Positions 21,973-35,535 of a DNA stretch of 64,000 bases are shown piece by piece. The notes beneath the pieces were generated by a model. That model worked only from the letters and a program-made list of their open reading frames with translations. It made no database searches and was not told the DNA's origin. The DNA is taken from assembly GCA_030390025.1 (NCBI GenBank), contig CM059431.1, forward strand, positions 95,172,001 through 95,236,000, written 5' to 3'. A program made the position numbers and the translations under genes. Each line of letters opens with the position of its first letter. Within the stretch, counting starts at the first letter, position 1. Origin of the DNA: Squalus acanthias (taxonomy: Eukaryota).

Positions 21973-23860
21973 GTCCTAAAAATTTCTTGGTGTAGTGACG
22001 GCCTTTAAGGCCAGTTTGCTGAAGAAATGGCGGCTGCCTTGCTTCCACCCACTTCCAGCGTGAGACAGGCGGCCGCCATTTTGGTGAGGGCCATAGCGTT
22101 GCCGTTGAAAGCGCTGGCCTCTCAAATGTAAATTAGTAGATCGTGACGTTAATTAGAGTGCAATGCCTGACTTGACGCTATGACTGCTAATTTGGACGTT
22201 TTCGCTCTCCTTTACACCTCTAACCCTAACCACAAACAGAAAAGCGTGCATGAAGCAGTCCTACAGAGACGCTGTCATCGCTTCTCAAAGGAACACACAC
22301 ATCTTTCAGGTAAGTTTGGATTTAAGCATTTGGACTGTTTTTTAAATATTTTCTTGAAGTAGTGGTTTGGTGCAATAGATTTAAATGGTTTTTAAAGTAT
22401 GCAGGGAGTGCAGGGCATGCTGCTGGATGCTTGCAAGGCTTTGGATGGTAAAGGAAGGCCTCTGAGAAGACAGAAAATGCTGGAAGTACTCAGCAGGTCA
22501 GGCAGTATTCGTGAAGAGAGAAACAGAGTTAACGTCTCAGGCTTAGATGCTGCCTGACCTGCTGAGTATTTCCAGCATTTTCTGCTTTTATTTCAGAATT
22601 CCAGCATCCCCTCGCAGAGGGAAGAGGAAGACGCAGAAGAGGAAGAAGCAAAAAAGGAAGGAGAAAGGGAGGAAGCGGAAGGAAAGAGGCAATCCAGACA
22701 GCCCCTTTCTGGCCAGGATATCTGGGATCGAATCATTTGCCTGTGGTACCAGTGACCACAACCCCAATTCTCCTTTCAACTTTAGCCCCACACCTTACCT
22801 TCCCTCTGTTACTGACTATCACAGCGTCCTCCTGGCCACAATGCTGAAATAAAAGCCACCACAAAGCAAACTTTCCAATCCAACTTTATCCAAATATGCA
22901 TCCAATATGACATCAAGAAATCAACTAATCACCCTTGTGCATTCCCTTAGTGAGTGTCTTGTGTGTGCCTTTGCCTGTCCTAGTGCTCATACGCAGTGCT
23001 ACTCCAATGGTTGCAGCATGGCTGGTGGAAGGCTGCTGACTTTCAGTGGGGGGACACTGCAAATGGCCTTGTGGGTCGACCTCAAGAAGCTAGTGGCTGG
23101 GAGTGTGAAATCGAGTGACCGTGTTTCTTTTTCTTCTTCTTCTTTTCCTTCTTCTTCTTATTTTCTTCTTCTTCACTCTCCTCTCCCTCTTCTGTTGACC
23201 CATTGGCTGGGCAGGCTGCATTTCTTGGTGTCTGAAATGAGGAAGGCACAAGGGTAGAGTTGTGGTGAGAAGAGGGTGGGAAAGCAAGAGCTGCATGCTT
23301 ACACCATGTGCACCTTATAAATCTGGAGGTATTGTGGGATGGGGGCAGTGGGATGTGAGAAGATGGATAATGAATGTATGAGGATCTAATATCCTTTCAG
23401 CCCTGTGTGTGCAAGACCTTGGGTGCCGCTTCCCTGGCTTGTTGAACCATTTGTGTTAGTGCTAAAGCACTTGTACCTTTTTTTTTAGGTGCGAAAGGCA
23501 GTTCAGCTTTAAGAACTGAAGAGTGCCATTTCAGAATTATTTTTAATTTTTTTTCAGAAGACAGTTGAGCTCTAAGGGCTAAAGACTGCCTATTTTAAAT
23601 TAGTTTTATTTTTTTCATTTTAGAAGGCAGTTATCCTTTAAGGGATCGACATCGCTTTCTAAAATGATAGGCTAGCTTTAAGAGCGGATGCTGCGACCAC
23701 ACTACATTTGGCCTCCTGCTGAGACTACTGCCCAAAACAACGCATTGCATGGTAGGTTTGCACTGCGCTAATTTAAATCAGCAGGCAGCAACAAAATGCG
23801 GGCGGCCATTAACTTCAGCCAGCGGTGGCATCGGCAGTTTCCTAATTGAATTTCTAGCCC
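21973..23860. mobile_element. Non-autonomous Harbinger derivative, copy A
   Basis: ATT TSD; termini GTCCTAAAAATT / AATTTCTAGCCC; reverse-complement similarity to ~35270-36677. Confidence 0.75.
22468..22600. repeat. Short palindromic interspersed element
   Basis: CAGAAAATGCTGGAAGTACTCAGCAGGTCAGGCAG pairs with CTGCCTGACCTGCTGAGTATTTCCAGCATTTTCTG; absent from the matching region of copy B. Confidence 0.8.
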
Positions 23861-24084
23861 ATTATTTTCCCCGCAGAAATCTAGAGCTTCAAATCTGTTT
23901 GAGAGCATAAGTTGCTCTGGATGCTCCTGTTCTAACCTTTCATTCCTGCCTTTTTCCATAACGTGAGTAGTCACCCATTATTCCTCCTTTAATACCTGCT
24001 CCCTACCTCTCATCACTGTGGCTGCTCTCTCAAACTCTTAATCGAAAAATGACTCTCTGATGTGTCAGATTGTCCCCATCTTTT

Positions 24085-25478
24085 TGTTTCATTCATGGGA
24101 TGTGGGCGTCGCTGGCAAGGAGCATTTATTGCCCACCCCTATTTGCCCTTGAGAAGGTGGTGGTGAGCTGCCTTCTTGAACCGCTGCAGTCCATGTGGTG
24201 AAGGTACTCCCATAGTGTTGGTAGGGAGGGAGTTCCAGGATTTTGTCCCAGCGACGATGAAGGAATGGCGATATATTTCCAAGTCAGGATGGTGTGTGAT
24301 TTGGAGGGGAACTTGAAGGTGATGGTGTTCCCATGTGCCTGCTGCCCTTGCTCTTCTAGGTGGTATAGGTCGTGGGTTTTGGAGGTGCTGTCGAAGAAGC
24401 CTTAGTGAGCTACGTCAGTGCATCTAATAGATATTACACACTACAGCCACTGCAGTAACATTCGCGCCACACAAGTGCCAGACAATGACTATCTCCAATA
24501 AGCGAGAGTCTAACCACTAATCCTTGACATTCAATGGCATAACCATCACCGAATCCCCCACCATCAATATCCTGGGGGTCACCATTGACTAGAAACTTAA
24601 CAGGACCAACCACATAAATATTATGGCAACAAGAGCAGGTCAGAGGCTGGGTATTCCGCAGGAATGTCTCACATCCTGACTCCCCAAAGCCTTTCCACCA
24701 TCTACAAGGCACCAGTCAGGAGTGTGATAGAATACTCTCCACTTGTCTGGATGAGTGCAGCTCCAACAACACTCAAGATGCACTGCAGCAACTCACCAAG
24801 GCTTCTTCGACAGCACTTCCCAAATCCGCGACCTCTACCCACCTAGAAGGACAAGGGCACCAGGTACATGGGAACACCACCACCTCCAAGTTCCCCTCTA
24901 AGTCACACACCATCCTGACTTGGAAATATATCACCGTTCCTTCATAGTCGCTGAGTCAAAATCCTGGAACTCCCTCCCTAACAGCACTGTGGGAGTACCT
25001 TCACCACTTGGACTGCAGCGGTTCAAGAAGGCGTCTCACTACCACCTTCTCAAGGGCAATTAGGGATGGGCAATAAATGCTGGCCTTGCCAGCGATGTCC
25101 ACATCCCAGGAACGAAGTAAAAAAATTGTGGCTGGTCCAGTTAAGTTTCTGGTCAATGTTAACCAGAATGACCAATGGATGTTGATGGTGGGAGATTCGG
25201 CAAAGGTAATGCTGTTGAATGTCAAGGGGCGGTGGTTAGACTCTCTCTTGTTGGAGACAGTCATTGCCTGGCACTTGTGTGGCGTGAATATTACTTGCCA
25301 TTTATCAGCCCAAGCCTGACTGTCATCCAGGTCTTGCTGCATGCGGGCATGGACTGCTTCATTATCTGAGGAGTTGTGAATGGAACTGAACACTGTGCAA
25401 TCATCAGCGAACATCCCCACTTCTGAACTTATGATGGAGGGAAGGTCATTGATGAAGCAGCTGAAGATGGTTGGGCTA
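24085..25478. mobile_element. Zenon-like LINE fragments: - (24085-24453), + (24454-25125), - (25126-25478)
   Basis: Shared 3' end GGGCAATAAATGCTGGCCTTGCCAGCGA; RT motif SEVGMFADDC. Confidence 0.85.
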
Positions 25479-25494
25479 CTCAACAACAACAACA

Positions 25495-27022
25495 ATTTAC
25501 ATAGGATTACGGCACAGAAAAAAGAAGGCTGAGGGGTGACCTAATAGAGGCCTATAAAATTATGAAAGGATTTGATAAAGTGGATACAGAGAGAATGTTT
25601 CCACTTGTGAAGAAGAGCATAACTAGAGGCCATCAATATAAGATAGTCACCAAGAAATCCAATAGGGAATTCAGAAGAAACCTATTTACCCAAAGAGTGG
25701 TGAGAATTTGGGACTTGCTACCACAGGGAGTGGTTGAAGTGAATAGTATAGATGCATTTAAGTGGAGGCTAGATAAGCATATGATGGAGAAGGGAATAGA
25801 GGGTTATGCTGATAGAGTTAGATGAGGAAAGACGGGAGGATGCTCAAGTGGAGCATAAACACCGACATGGACTGGTTGGGCCGAATAGCCTGTTTCTGTG
25901 CTGTATATCCTATGTAATTCTATGTCATAGAGAACCAAGCAACAACAACAAGAACAACAACGTGTATTTATTTAGCGCCTTTAATGTAGTAAAATGTCCC
26001 AAGATGCTTTGCAGGAGCGTTATGGATTTTGTGGCGGGGACTGAAGACAATGGCTTTGGTCTTCCCAATATTTAAGCAGAATACAGAGAGTACAGAGGAG
26101 AACTGAAAAAAGAAGTAAGTGGTGGCGGGGTGGGGGTGGGGCAAAGTGAGTGTATAAGAATAGATTAGCAAGACATAAAAGGGAACACAAAAGTCTTTTA
26201 TAAACATATAAATAGTAAAAGGGTAGTCAAAGGAAGGTACGGCCGATTAGGGACCAAAATGGAGATCTTCTTGTGGAGGCAGAGGATATGGCTGAGGTAA
26301 TAAAGGAATACTTTGCAACTGGCTTCACAAATGAAGTGGATGCTGCCAATGTCACAGTAAACGAGGAGGTGGTAGAGAAATTGGATAGGATAAAAATTGA
26401 TAAAGAGGTACTTAAAAGTTTGGCAGTGCTCAATATAGACAATTAACCTGGTCCGGATGGGATACATCCTAGATTGCTGAGGGAAGTAAGGGTGGAAATC
26501 ATTGAGGCTCTGGCCACAATCTTCCAATCCTCCTTAGATATGGGGGCAGTGCCAGAGGACTGGAGGGTTACAAATGTTAAACCCCTGTTTAAAAAAGGAG
26601 AGCGGGATAAACTCAGAAACTACAAGCCACTCAGCTTAAAGTCGGTGGTAGGGAAACTTTTAGAGATAATAACCCGGAACAAAATTATTTTGCATTTGGA
26701 AAAGTATGGTCTAATAAGTGAAAGTCAGCATGGATTTGTTAAAGGCAAATCGTGTTTAACTAACTTTATCGAGTTCTTTGATGAAGTAACTGAGAGGGTT
26801 GATGAGGGTCGTGCAGTTGATGTTGTGTATATAGACTTCCAAAAGGCATTTGATAAAGTACCACATAATAGACGTGTTAGCAAAATTGAAGCCCATGGAA
26901 TTAAAGGGGCAGTGGCAGCATGGATACGCAATTGGCTAAGAGACAAAATGCATTGTGTAGTGGTGAACGGTTGTTTTTCAGACTGGAGGGAGCTATACCG
27001 TGGTGTTCCCCAGGGGTCAGTG
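25495..27022 (+). mobile_element. Two CR1 fragments (25495-25925, 26075-27022) separated by an L2-tail remnant on -
   Basis: RT motifs SQHGFVKGKSCLTN, YIDFQKAFD, GVPQGSVL; CR1 tail. Confidence 0.85.
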
Positions 27023-27300
27023 TTAGATGTTAAGCCGAGATGCCTGTTCCTTCAGCTGGACATAAAAGCTGCCACTGCACTATTTGAAGAAGAATGTGGG
27101 GTTCTCCCAATGTCCTAGCAAATATTCCTCTCTCAAGTAACACCACAAAATAATATCAAATTTACTTTGTTACATTATCTGTTGTTTATGGGATCTTGCT
27201 GTGTGAAAATCGAATACCATGTATGCCTACCACACTTCAAAAGTAATTAATTGGATGTGAAGCATCTGGGGATGTGATAAGGTACTACATAAATTCAAGT
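27023..27300 (+). mobile_element. Deu-domain SINE fragment (SacSINE1/AmnSINE1-like)
   Basis: Similar to 38645-38972 (GCACTATTTGAAGAAG...TGGGATCTTGCTGTG...ACACTTCAAAAGTA). Confidence 0.65.
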
Positions 27301-28249
27301 TAATTTGTTAATTCTTTCTTTCCCCCTCTGATCCTAAACCATTTTTATGCTGTAATAAAAAATGATCACAGATATATAACCTCTAAAAATGATTACATAG
27401 CCTATAAAAATGATCATTAATCTTTACAACTCTCTGATTTTGGTAAGCTTTTGCTGCATTCATAAATAAATCGTATTCACAGCAATTTTTACATCATCTT
27501 CTGCAATATTTTTTATCAATAATATTCGTTAAAAGACTCCCAAATCTGATCAATTGCTGCAGATGATCTGTCACCCTTCCTGAAAAATGATAATCACAAA
27601 AATACATTCAATTGTCATTTAATGAAAATCATTTTTTTTTATATCTTCACAGATGATTCTTCTCATCCATATCTTCAGAGTTTTCATTATAAGGTACTGT
27701 CATCATTTTGGAAGAAGACAGGAATATCACACAACTGAAGACAGGAAGCAAACCCCGGCAACACTGACAAGTTATCTAGAATAAAATTTGATGAATGTAC
27801 AAAGGACCTATCCTTGAGAAGTGCTTTGCAAGCAGAAATTCCAGTCAACCCATCAGCCATGGCCTCTTATCACCCTCCCGACATGCCCAGAAGATACAGG
27901 AGAAAGGAAATGACCTGATATATTAGGTCATTCAACCCTTCAGTGAAATTGTGCAGTCTGCTCTCACCCAGCTGCATAATGAACTCTGTGCAGTTCGGCT
28001 GGACACAGTTGATCGAACCAGTAGGCATGTAATTCGTCCGTTCAGCATACGGGTCAGACAGCCAACTACTCTCCTTCTCATAGGATATTGTTATCAGAGC
28101 TTTGAAAATCTTTCCTGGTGATAAATCTATTTAAAGCAGAGCAGACATATATTTGATAATTGTGATTGCAATATGTCACAATTTGTGTTCATTAGCACTT
28201 ATGGTATTTGCCATTACTTTGGATCATCTATATGACATCAGACATCTTT

Positions 28250-29165
28250 ACAACAACAACAATAACAACTTGTATTTATGTAGTACCATGAATGTAGTAA
28301 AACGTCCCAAAGTGCTTCACAGGAGAGATATAAAACAAAATTTGACACCTAGCCACATAAGGAGATATTGGGACAGGTGACCTAAAGCTTGGTCAAAGAG
28401 GTAGATTTTAAGGAGCGTCTTAAGGGAGGAGAGAGGTCGAGAGGCGGACAGGTTTAGGGAAGGAATTCCAGAGCTAAGGGCCTTGGCTGCTGAAGGCACA
28501 GCCATCATTGGTCGAGCAATTAAAATCAGGGATGCGCAAGAGGCCAGAATTAGAGGAGCGCAGATATCTCGTGGGGTTGTGGGGCTGGAGGAGATTACAG
28601 AGATAGGGAGGGGCGAGGCCATGGAGGGATTTGAAAACAAGAATGAGAATCTTAAAATCGAGGCATTGCTTATCCGGGAGCCAATGTAGGTCAATGAGCA
28701 CAGGGATGATGGGTGAACAGGACTTGGTGCAAGTTAGGACACGGGCAACCGAGTTTTGGTTGACCTCAAGTTTACGTAGGGTAGAATGTGGGAAGCCAGC
28801 CAGGAGTGCGTTGGAATAGTCAAGTCTAGAGGTAACAAAGGCATGGATGAGGGTTTCAGCAGCAGGTGAGCTGAGGCAGGGGCAGAGACGGGCGATGTTA
28901 CGGAGGTGGAAATAGACAGTCTTAGTTATGGTGCAGATATGTGATTGGAAGCTCATTTCAGGGTCAAATATGACACCAAGTTTGCGAACAGTCTGGTTCA
29001 GCCTCCGACAGATGCTAGGGAGAGGGATGGAGTCGGTGGCTAGGAAACGGAGTTTGTGGTGGGGACCGAAGACAATGGGTTCGATTTTACCAATATTTAG
29101 TTGCAGGAAATTTCTGCTCATCCAGTATTGGAGGTCGGACAAGTAGTCTGACAATTTAGAGACAG
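28250..29165 (-). mobile_element. L2 LINE 3' fragment
   Basis: WMSRNFLQLNIGK, LIHAFVTSRLDYSNALLAG, DLHWLP; (TTG)n tail. Confidence 0.9.
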
Positions 29166-29489
29166 TACTGGTTTCTCTTGGGACTAGGGCATCAAAGGAT
29201 AATACTTTAATACAATAGTGCTAGTTAAACACCAATTAGAGCAATTATTGGTGTATGAATATAATTTGAATAAGAAAGATTATTATCCCTTGTTTCACAT
29301 CAAGCACGTGCTTTCAATTAGTTTAGATGTTGCATTTAATAGATCCCTCTCTGGCTGATTCCATAGTCATGTCAATAAATGGCAGTGCTAACAGTCGCAA
29401 GCGATCCCACAAACTTTGACACAGGCAAATGTCAGCAGTAATGCCTTAATGAGCTGCTTTGCATAAATGTTTAATCCAAGCAGGGCAGG

Positions 29490-30725
29490 AAAATAGATAA
29501 GGGAGAACCAGTAGATGTGGTGTATTTGGACTTTCAAAAGGCTTTCGATAAGGTCCCGCATAAGAGATTAGCATGTAAAGTTAAGGCACATGGGATTGGG
29601 GGCAAGGTATTGACGTGGATAGAGAACTGGTTGGCGGACAGAAAGCAGAGAGTAGGAATTAATGGGTCTTTTTCTGAGTGGCAGGCAGTGACTAGTGGGG
29701 TACCGCAGGGATCGGTCCTTGGACCCCAGCTATTCACAATATACATTAATGATCTAGATAAGGGAATGAAATGTAATATCTCCAAGTTTGCAGATGACAC
29801 AAAGCTGGGTGGGCGTGTGTGCTGCGAGGAGGATACCGAGAAACTCCAGGATGATTTGGACAGGTTGGGTGAGTGGGCAGAAGTGTGGCAGATGCAATAT
29901 AACGTGGATAAATGCGAGGTTATCCACTTTGGTGTCAAAAACAGAAAGGCAGACTATTATCTGAATGGCAATAGATTGGGAGAAGGGGAAGTGCAACGAG
30001 ACCTGGGTGTCCTTGTGCACCAGTCGCTGAAAGTAAGCATGCAGGTGCAGCAGGCGGTGAAGAAGGCAAATGGTATGTTGGCCTTCATAGCGAAAGGGTT
30101 TGAGTATAGGAACAGGGATGTCGTGCTGCAGTTGTACAGGGCCTTGGTGAGACCACACCTTGAGTACAGTGTGCAGTTTTGGTTGCCTTATCTGAGGAAG
30201 GATGTTCTTGCCATGGAAGGAGTTCAGCGAAGATTCACAAGGCTGATACCTGGGATGGCAGGAATGACATATGAGGAGAGATTGAGTCGATTGGGCTTAT
30301 ACTCGCTGGAGTATAGAAGAATGAGAGGGGATCTCATCGAAACATATAAAATTCTGACAGGTCTGGACAAACTAGATGCAGGAAGAATGTTCCCGATGGT
30401 CGGAGAGTCCAGAACCAGGCGTCATAATCTAAGGATAAGGGGTAAGCCATTTAGGACAGAAATGAGCAAGAATTTCTTCACCCAGAGAGTGGTGAACCTG
30501 TGGAATTCTCTACCACAGAAGGTAGTTGAGGCCAAGTCATTAAATATATTCAAGATTGAGTTAGATATATTTCTTAAAGCTAAAGGTATCAAGGGATATG
30601 GGGAGAAGGCAGGTACAGGGTACTGAGTTTCGATGATCAGCCATGATCTCATCGAATGGCGGAGCAGGCTCGAGGGGCCGAATGGCCTACTCCTGCTCCT
30701 ATCTTCTATGTTTCTATGTCTATGT
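29490..30725 (+). mobile_element. Young 5'-truncated CR1 with an open RT frame
   Basis: 369-aa uninterrupted ORF 29517-30626; (TTCTATGT) tail; closely similar to 48697-50995. Confidence 0.95.
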
Positions 30726-31088
30726 TGTCTGCAGGTCAGGCTCCAGTATACAGCACAACTCAGTAACTATCTCCCTGTGGAACCATAGTGAAGGGAGGTC
30801 TCATCCTGCATCTGGGTCGTAGGATGTAATTCCTGGGACACCTGCCTCTCTTCCTTCCTCAGGTATTCCTAATATGTTTTGAATATTTTGCCTAAATATC
30901 AACTTGCTTAAAGTCAGACTATTGTAAATAGCCTTATTGTCTCTTGCTATTATATACTATCTTATCTACTTCAATTTTGTAAGCAATGTCTTATTCAAAA
31001 ATAACCATTTTGATTACACAACATGGTGTCAGCAGATACGGCTGCATTCTGTAAATGATGGGAATATCTTTCACTTTATAGAATCTTA

Positions 31089-31980
31089 GGGGGAAAAATT
31101 CAGTATCGCCCCGTTAGGGGCGCGATTATCGGCTGGTCGCAAAGTTTAGCGCCTGGCGCTAACTATCACCTCCGACTGCAAACTTGGCCTCTATCGCCCC
31201 TGTAGGTGATTGGAGTGCTAAATCAGGTGCTTCACACCTATCTTAAGGCGCAAAGGCCGAGGAGCGAGGCGCTACCTCAGAGCGCTGGCGAAGCTCATCT
31301 GATGTCAGTCAGCAATGGAACACAGACACAATGGCTCCGGCCAGTTCTTAAAGGGGAGGGTTGATCTTGCTCTCCATCCACAACCTGCTCATTGCAGCCT
31401 TGAATCTCGGCCTGGAGAGACCTGTACATCAAATCTGTTGGAAAGAACAATGGAGAGTCCCAGGGAAAGAGCTCAGAGTGCAGCCCCCACAATCTCTTTT
31501 AAATCGATACAAGGAAGGGCAAATAAAAATGAACCTGCAAAGTGCTGCTCAGTACCCAAAACTCCTTCACACAGCGTTGAATCTCTCCAGAAGCCTCTCT
31601 CTCTCTCTCAGAATGCGTGGTGCAAAAATGTCACCAACAAAAAAAGGCAGGAAGCATTCGCCTTTAAATAGCGCTCCCCTAGTCCCTTCCTGACTGCAAA
31701 ACGCTCCTCTCAACCTGTCGTTGCTAGCGGCAGGTGGTAAGGCAGGGGGCGCCACTCAATATCCGGTCCGGGGCGCTACCGGGGCGTTGCGCACTCGACT
31801 GACGTCATGATCTGTGGGCGCAGGTGATCGTGGCGGTAGTGTTTAGCGCTGCCGCAAAATGTCTAGTTAATTTCACGAGTGGCGCAAACATAGCCGCGCA
31901 CGGGCGCTAGTTGCTTTGCGCCCCATTAGCGCCCTCTTAAGGCGCTAACGGGAGGCACAAACCAACTGAATTTTCCCCCC
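31089..31980. mobile_element. Harbinger-type MITE
   Basis: TIRs GGGGGAAAAATTCAGT / ACTGAATTTTCCCCCC; probable TAG TSD (left boundary +/-1); inserted in a CR1 tail. Confidence 0.85.
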
Positions 31981-32840
31981 TAGAACAGTACAGCACAGAA
32001 GGAGGCCATTCAGCCCATTGAGACTGCACCAGCTCTTTCGAAGAACAATCCAGTTAGTCCCAATTGCCTGCTCTTCCCCCATATCCCTGCAATTTTTTTC
32101 TATTTCAAATATTTATCCAATTCCTTTTTGAAGGCTACTATGGAATCTTTATCCATCACCCCATCACCCAGTGCATTCCAAATCTGAATCACATGTTAGG
32201 TAAAAAAGGTTTTTCCTCATGTCGCCTCTGGTTCTTTTGCTAATCACCTTAAATCTGTGCCCTCTGGTTATCAACCCTTCAGCCACTGGAAACAGATTCT
32301 CTTTATTTACTCTATCTAAACCCTTCATGATTTTAAACACCTCTATCAAATCTCCTCTTAGCCTTCCCTGCTCTAAGGAGAACAACCCCAGCTTCTCCAA
32401 TCTATCCACGTAACTGTTTGATTTGCTTTGCTACTACCATACAAAAGTTGAAGACTGTAATCCCACATCCCTGGAACCATTCTGTACCCTCCTAAAGCCT
32501 TCATGACCTTCTTAAAGTGTGGTGCCCAGAACTGAACACAATACTCCAGCTGGGGCCGAACTCGTGCTTTATTTAGGTTTACCTCACACTTTTCTGCGTT
32601 GAATTTCATCTGCCATGTGTCCCCCTATTCCACCAGCCTGTCTATGCCCTCTTGACGTCGATTATTATCCTCCTCACTGTTTACTACACTTCCAAGTTTC
32701 GTGTCATCTGCAAATTTCCAAAATTGTGCCCTGCACCCCCAAGTCTAAATTATTAATGTATTTCAAAAACAACCGTGGTTCTAGTACTGAACCCTGGGGA
32801 ACTCCACTGTATATCTCCCTCCAGTTCGAAAAACAGCCAT

Positions 32841-34255
32841 AGGAGGGAGACAGAAAGCAGGAAACTATAGACCAGTTAGCCTAACATCTGTTATTGGGAA
32901 AATGCTGGAGTCCTTCATTAAGGAAGCAGTAGCAGGGCATTTGGAAAATCATAATGCAGTCAAACAGAGTCAGCATGGTTTTATGAAAGGGAAATCATGT
33001 TTAACAAATTTGCTGGAGTTCTTTGAGGATGTAATGAGCAGGGGTGGATAAGGGTGAGCCAGTGGATGTGGTGTATTTGGATTTCCAGAAGGCATTCGAT
33101 AAGGTGCCACATAAAAGGTTACTGCATAAGATAAGAGCTCACGGAGTTGGGGGTAATATATTAGCATGGATAGAGAATTGGCTAACTAACAGAAAGCAGA
33201 GAGTCGGGATAAATGGGTCATTTTCCGGTTGGCAAACGGTAACTAGTGGTGTGACACAGGGATCGGTGCTGGGGCCCCAACTATTTGCAATCTACATTAA
33301 TGACGAGTGTAATGTAGCCAAGTTTGTGGATGATACAAAGATGGGTGGGAAAGCAAGTTGTGCAGAGGATTCAAAGAATCTGCAAAGGGATATAGACAGG
33401 ATAAGTGAGTGGGCAAACATTTGGCAGATGGAGTATAATGTGGGAAAGTGCGAGGTTATCCACTTTGGCAGGAAAAATAAAAAAGCAAATTATTATTTAA
33501 ATGGAGAGATTACAAAGTGCTACAGTTCAGAGGGACCTGGGGGTCCTTGTGCATGAAACACAAAAAGTTAGCATGCAGGTACAGCAAGTAATCAAAAAGG
33601 CAAATGGAATGTTGGCCTTTATTTCAAGGGGGTTGGAGTATAAAAGCAGGGAAGTCCTGCTACAACTGTATAGGGTATTGGTGAGACCACACCTTGAGTA
33701 CTGCGTACAGTTTTGTCTCCTTATTTAAGGAGGGATATACTTGCATTGGAGGCAGTTCAGAGAAGGTTCACGATGTTGATTCCTGAGATGAGGGGGTTGA
33801 CTTATGAAGAAAGGTTGAGCAGGTTGGGCCTATACTCATTGGAATTTAGAAGAATGAGAGGTGATCTTATTGAAACACATAAGATACTGAGGGGGCTCGA
33901 CAAGGTAGATGCAGAGAGGATGTTTCCCCTCGTGGAGAAATCTAGAACTCAGGGGCATAGTTTCAGAATAAAGGGTCGCCCTTTTAGAATTGAGATGAGG
34001 AGGAGTTTCTTCTCTCAGAGGGTCGTAAATCTGTGGAATTCTCTGCCCCAGAAAGCCGTGGAGGCTGGGTCATTAAATACATTTAAAGTGGAGATAGACA
34101 AATTTTTGCAAGATAAGGGAGTGAAGGGTTATGGGGAGCGGGCTAGGAAGTGGCTTTGAGCCCTAGATCAGCCATGATCTTATTGAATTGCGGAGCAGGC
34201 TCAAGGGGCCAAGTGGCCTATTCCTGCTCCTATTTCTTATGTTCTTATGTTCTTA
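32841..34255 (+). mobile_element. 5'-truncated CR1 with frameshifted RT
   Basis: ORFs 33044-34159 carry RT motifs; (TTCTTATG) tail. Confidence 0.92.
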
Positions 34256-34260
34256 TTCAC

Positions 34261-34805
34261 TGTTGGTGAAAAATTAATTCACTCGAGTCTGTCTTAAAGT
34301 AAAAGATCACAGTTTAATATTCAGAGCGCTCTGGGAGAACGGTCACAGCCTGCGGTCTCATGACCCGCTTCTCAATTTAACAATGGCAGCCAAGCTTCTT
34401 TATACACTTCCAAAAGCCAGAAAATACAAACCTCAGCACAGTTAGGGTTAGGGTTACATCATGAGTGACCCTTAGGTTGTCTAAAAACAACTTGATCAGA
34501 ATTTTACACTGTTAGCGAAACTTATCCTTTACTTCTGCTTTTTGTCAACCAAAAAAGGTTTCATTCTTACAAATATTCGAGGTTAGTTTATAGAAAAACA
34601 ATGATTCATATTTTTGTTCTGCAGTGTCTGCATTATCTATACTGCAGCCTAAGCAAGTTGGTCTTTTATCTAATTAAACCCCTGTCTCCATGCCTTCGGG
34701 AGATACTTTGACCTTTACTATAGTCCTTTAAGCAGTTCAACTAATCTTAAACATTACAACTGATTTGCCCTTACATTATTACAATTCATTTTTTTAACTC
34801 TTACA
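34261..34805 (-). mobile_element. Solo LTR, 545 bp
   Basis: TG...CA termini, 5-bp TSD TTCAC (34256-60 and 34806-10); TATAAA (~34400) and ATTAAA (~34315) on - in U3-R-U5 order. Confidence 0.85.
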
Positions 34806-34899
34806 TTCACTACAACTCTCTGTTTTCTAGCCCTTAGCGAATTTTGTATCCATGCTGCTACTGCCCTTTTCATCCCATGGACTTCAATTTCACTAATCC

Positions 34900-35504
34900 A
34901 ATTGGCTCAACAGGCCAGGGAAAGGGCACCCAGGGTCCCGGACACAACACTCGAGCTTTGTGCAGGGGGTCAACACTGGAAGAGAGGTCAAGTGCCCAAG
35001 AGGTCAAGTGCCCAAGAAGTTTCATGACCTCAGATGAGTGACCAAGGTCAGTGAATGCATCTTCAAAAGCCGTCTCCTACCAACTGCACCACTAGCCTCA
35101 CACACTGCTCAATGCATGACCACCCACACCGCCACCCCCACCCCCCCACCACCATCACTCACCTACCAACAATCTCTACCAAACACAAGGCACACCTCAC
35201 ATTCCTAGCTTCACCACACCCCCTTGGAAGAGTCGGTGCAGGCCATTCTTGGCAGGGGCATGGCTGAGCCCTTGGCCAGCGGTGGGGCTGAAAAAATACA
35301 AGATGCTGGTATCCTCTTATGATATCCTCCTTCTCACATCCCACTTTCCCCTCATCCCATAATCTCTTATGATTTACAAGTTGCATATGGTGTAAGCATG
35401 CACCTCTTGCTTTCCCCCCTCCTCTCACCACAAACCTACCCTTGTGCCTTTCTTATTTCAGCCTGTCCAGCCAGTAGTTGACCAAGAAGAGGGAGAGGAG
35501 AGTA

Positions 35505-35535
<31 letters not shown>

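Noticed and set aside
27653..28030. Selenoprotein (in-frame TGA codons)
   Set aside because: I see no recognisable homology or SECIS element; two TGAs in a short frame are expected by chance.
34441..34456. Interstitial telomeric repeat
   Set aside because: Only about two TTAGGG units, inside an LTR.
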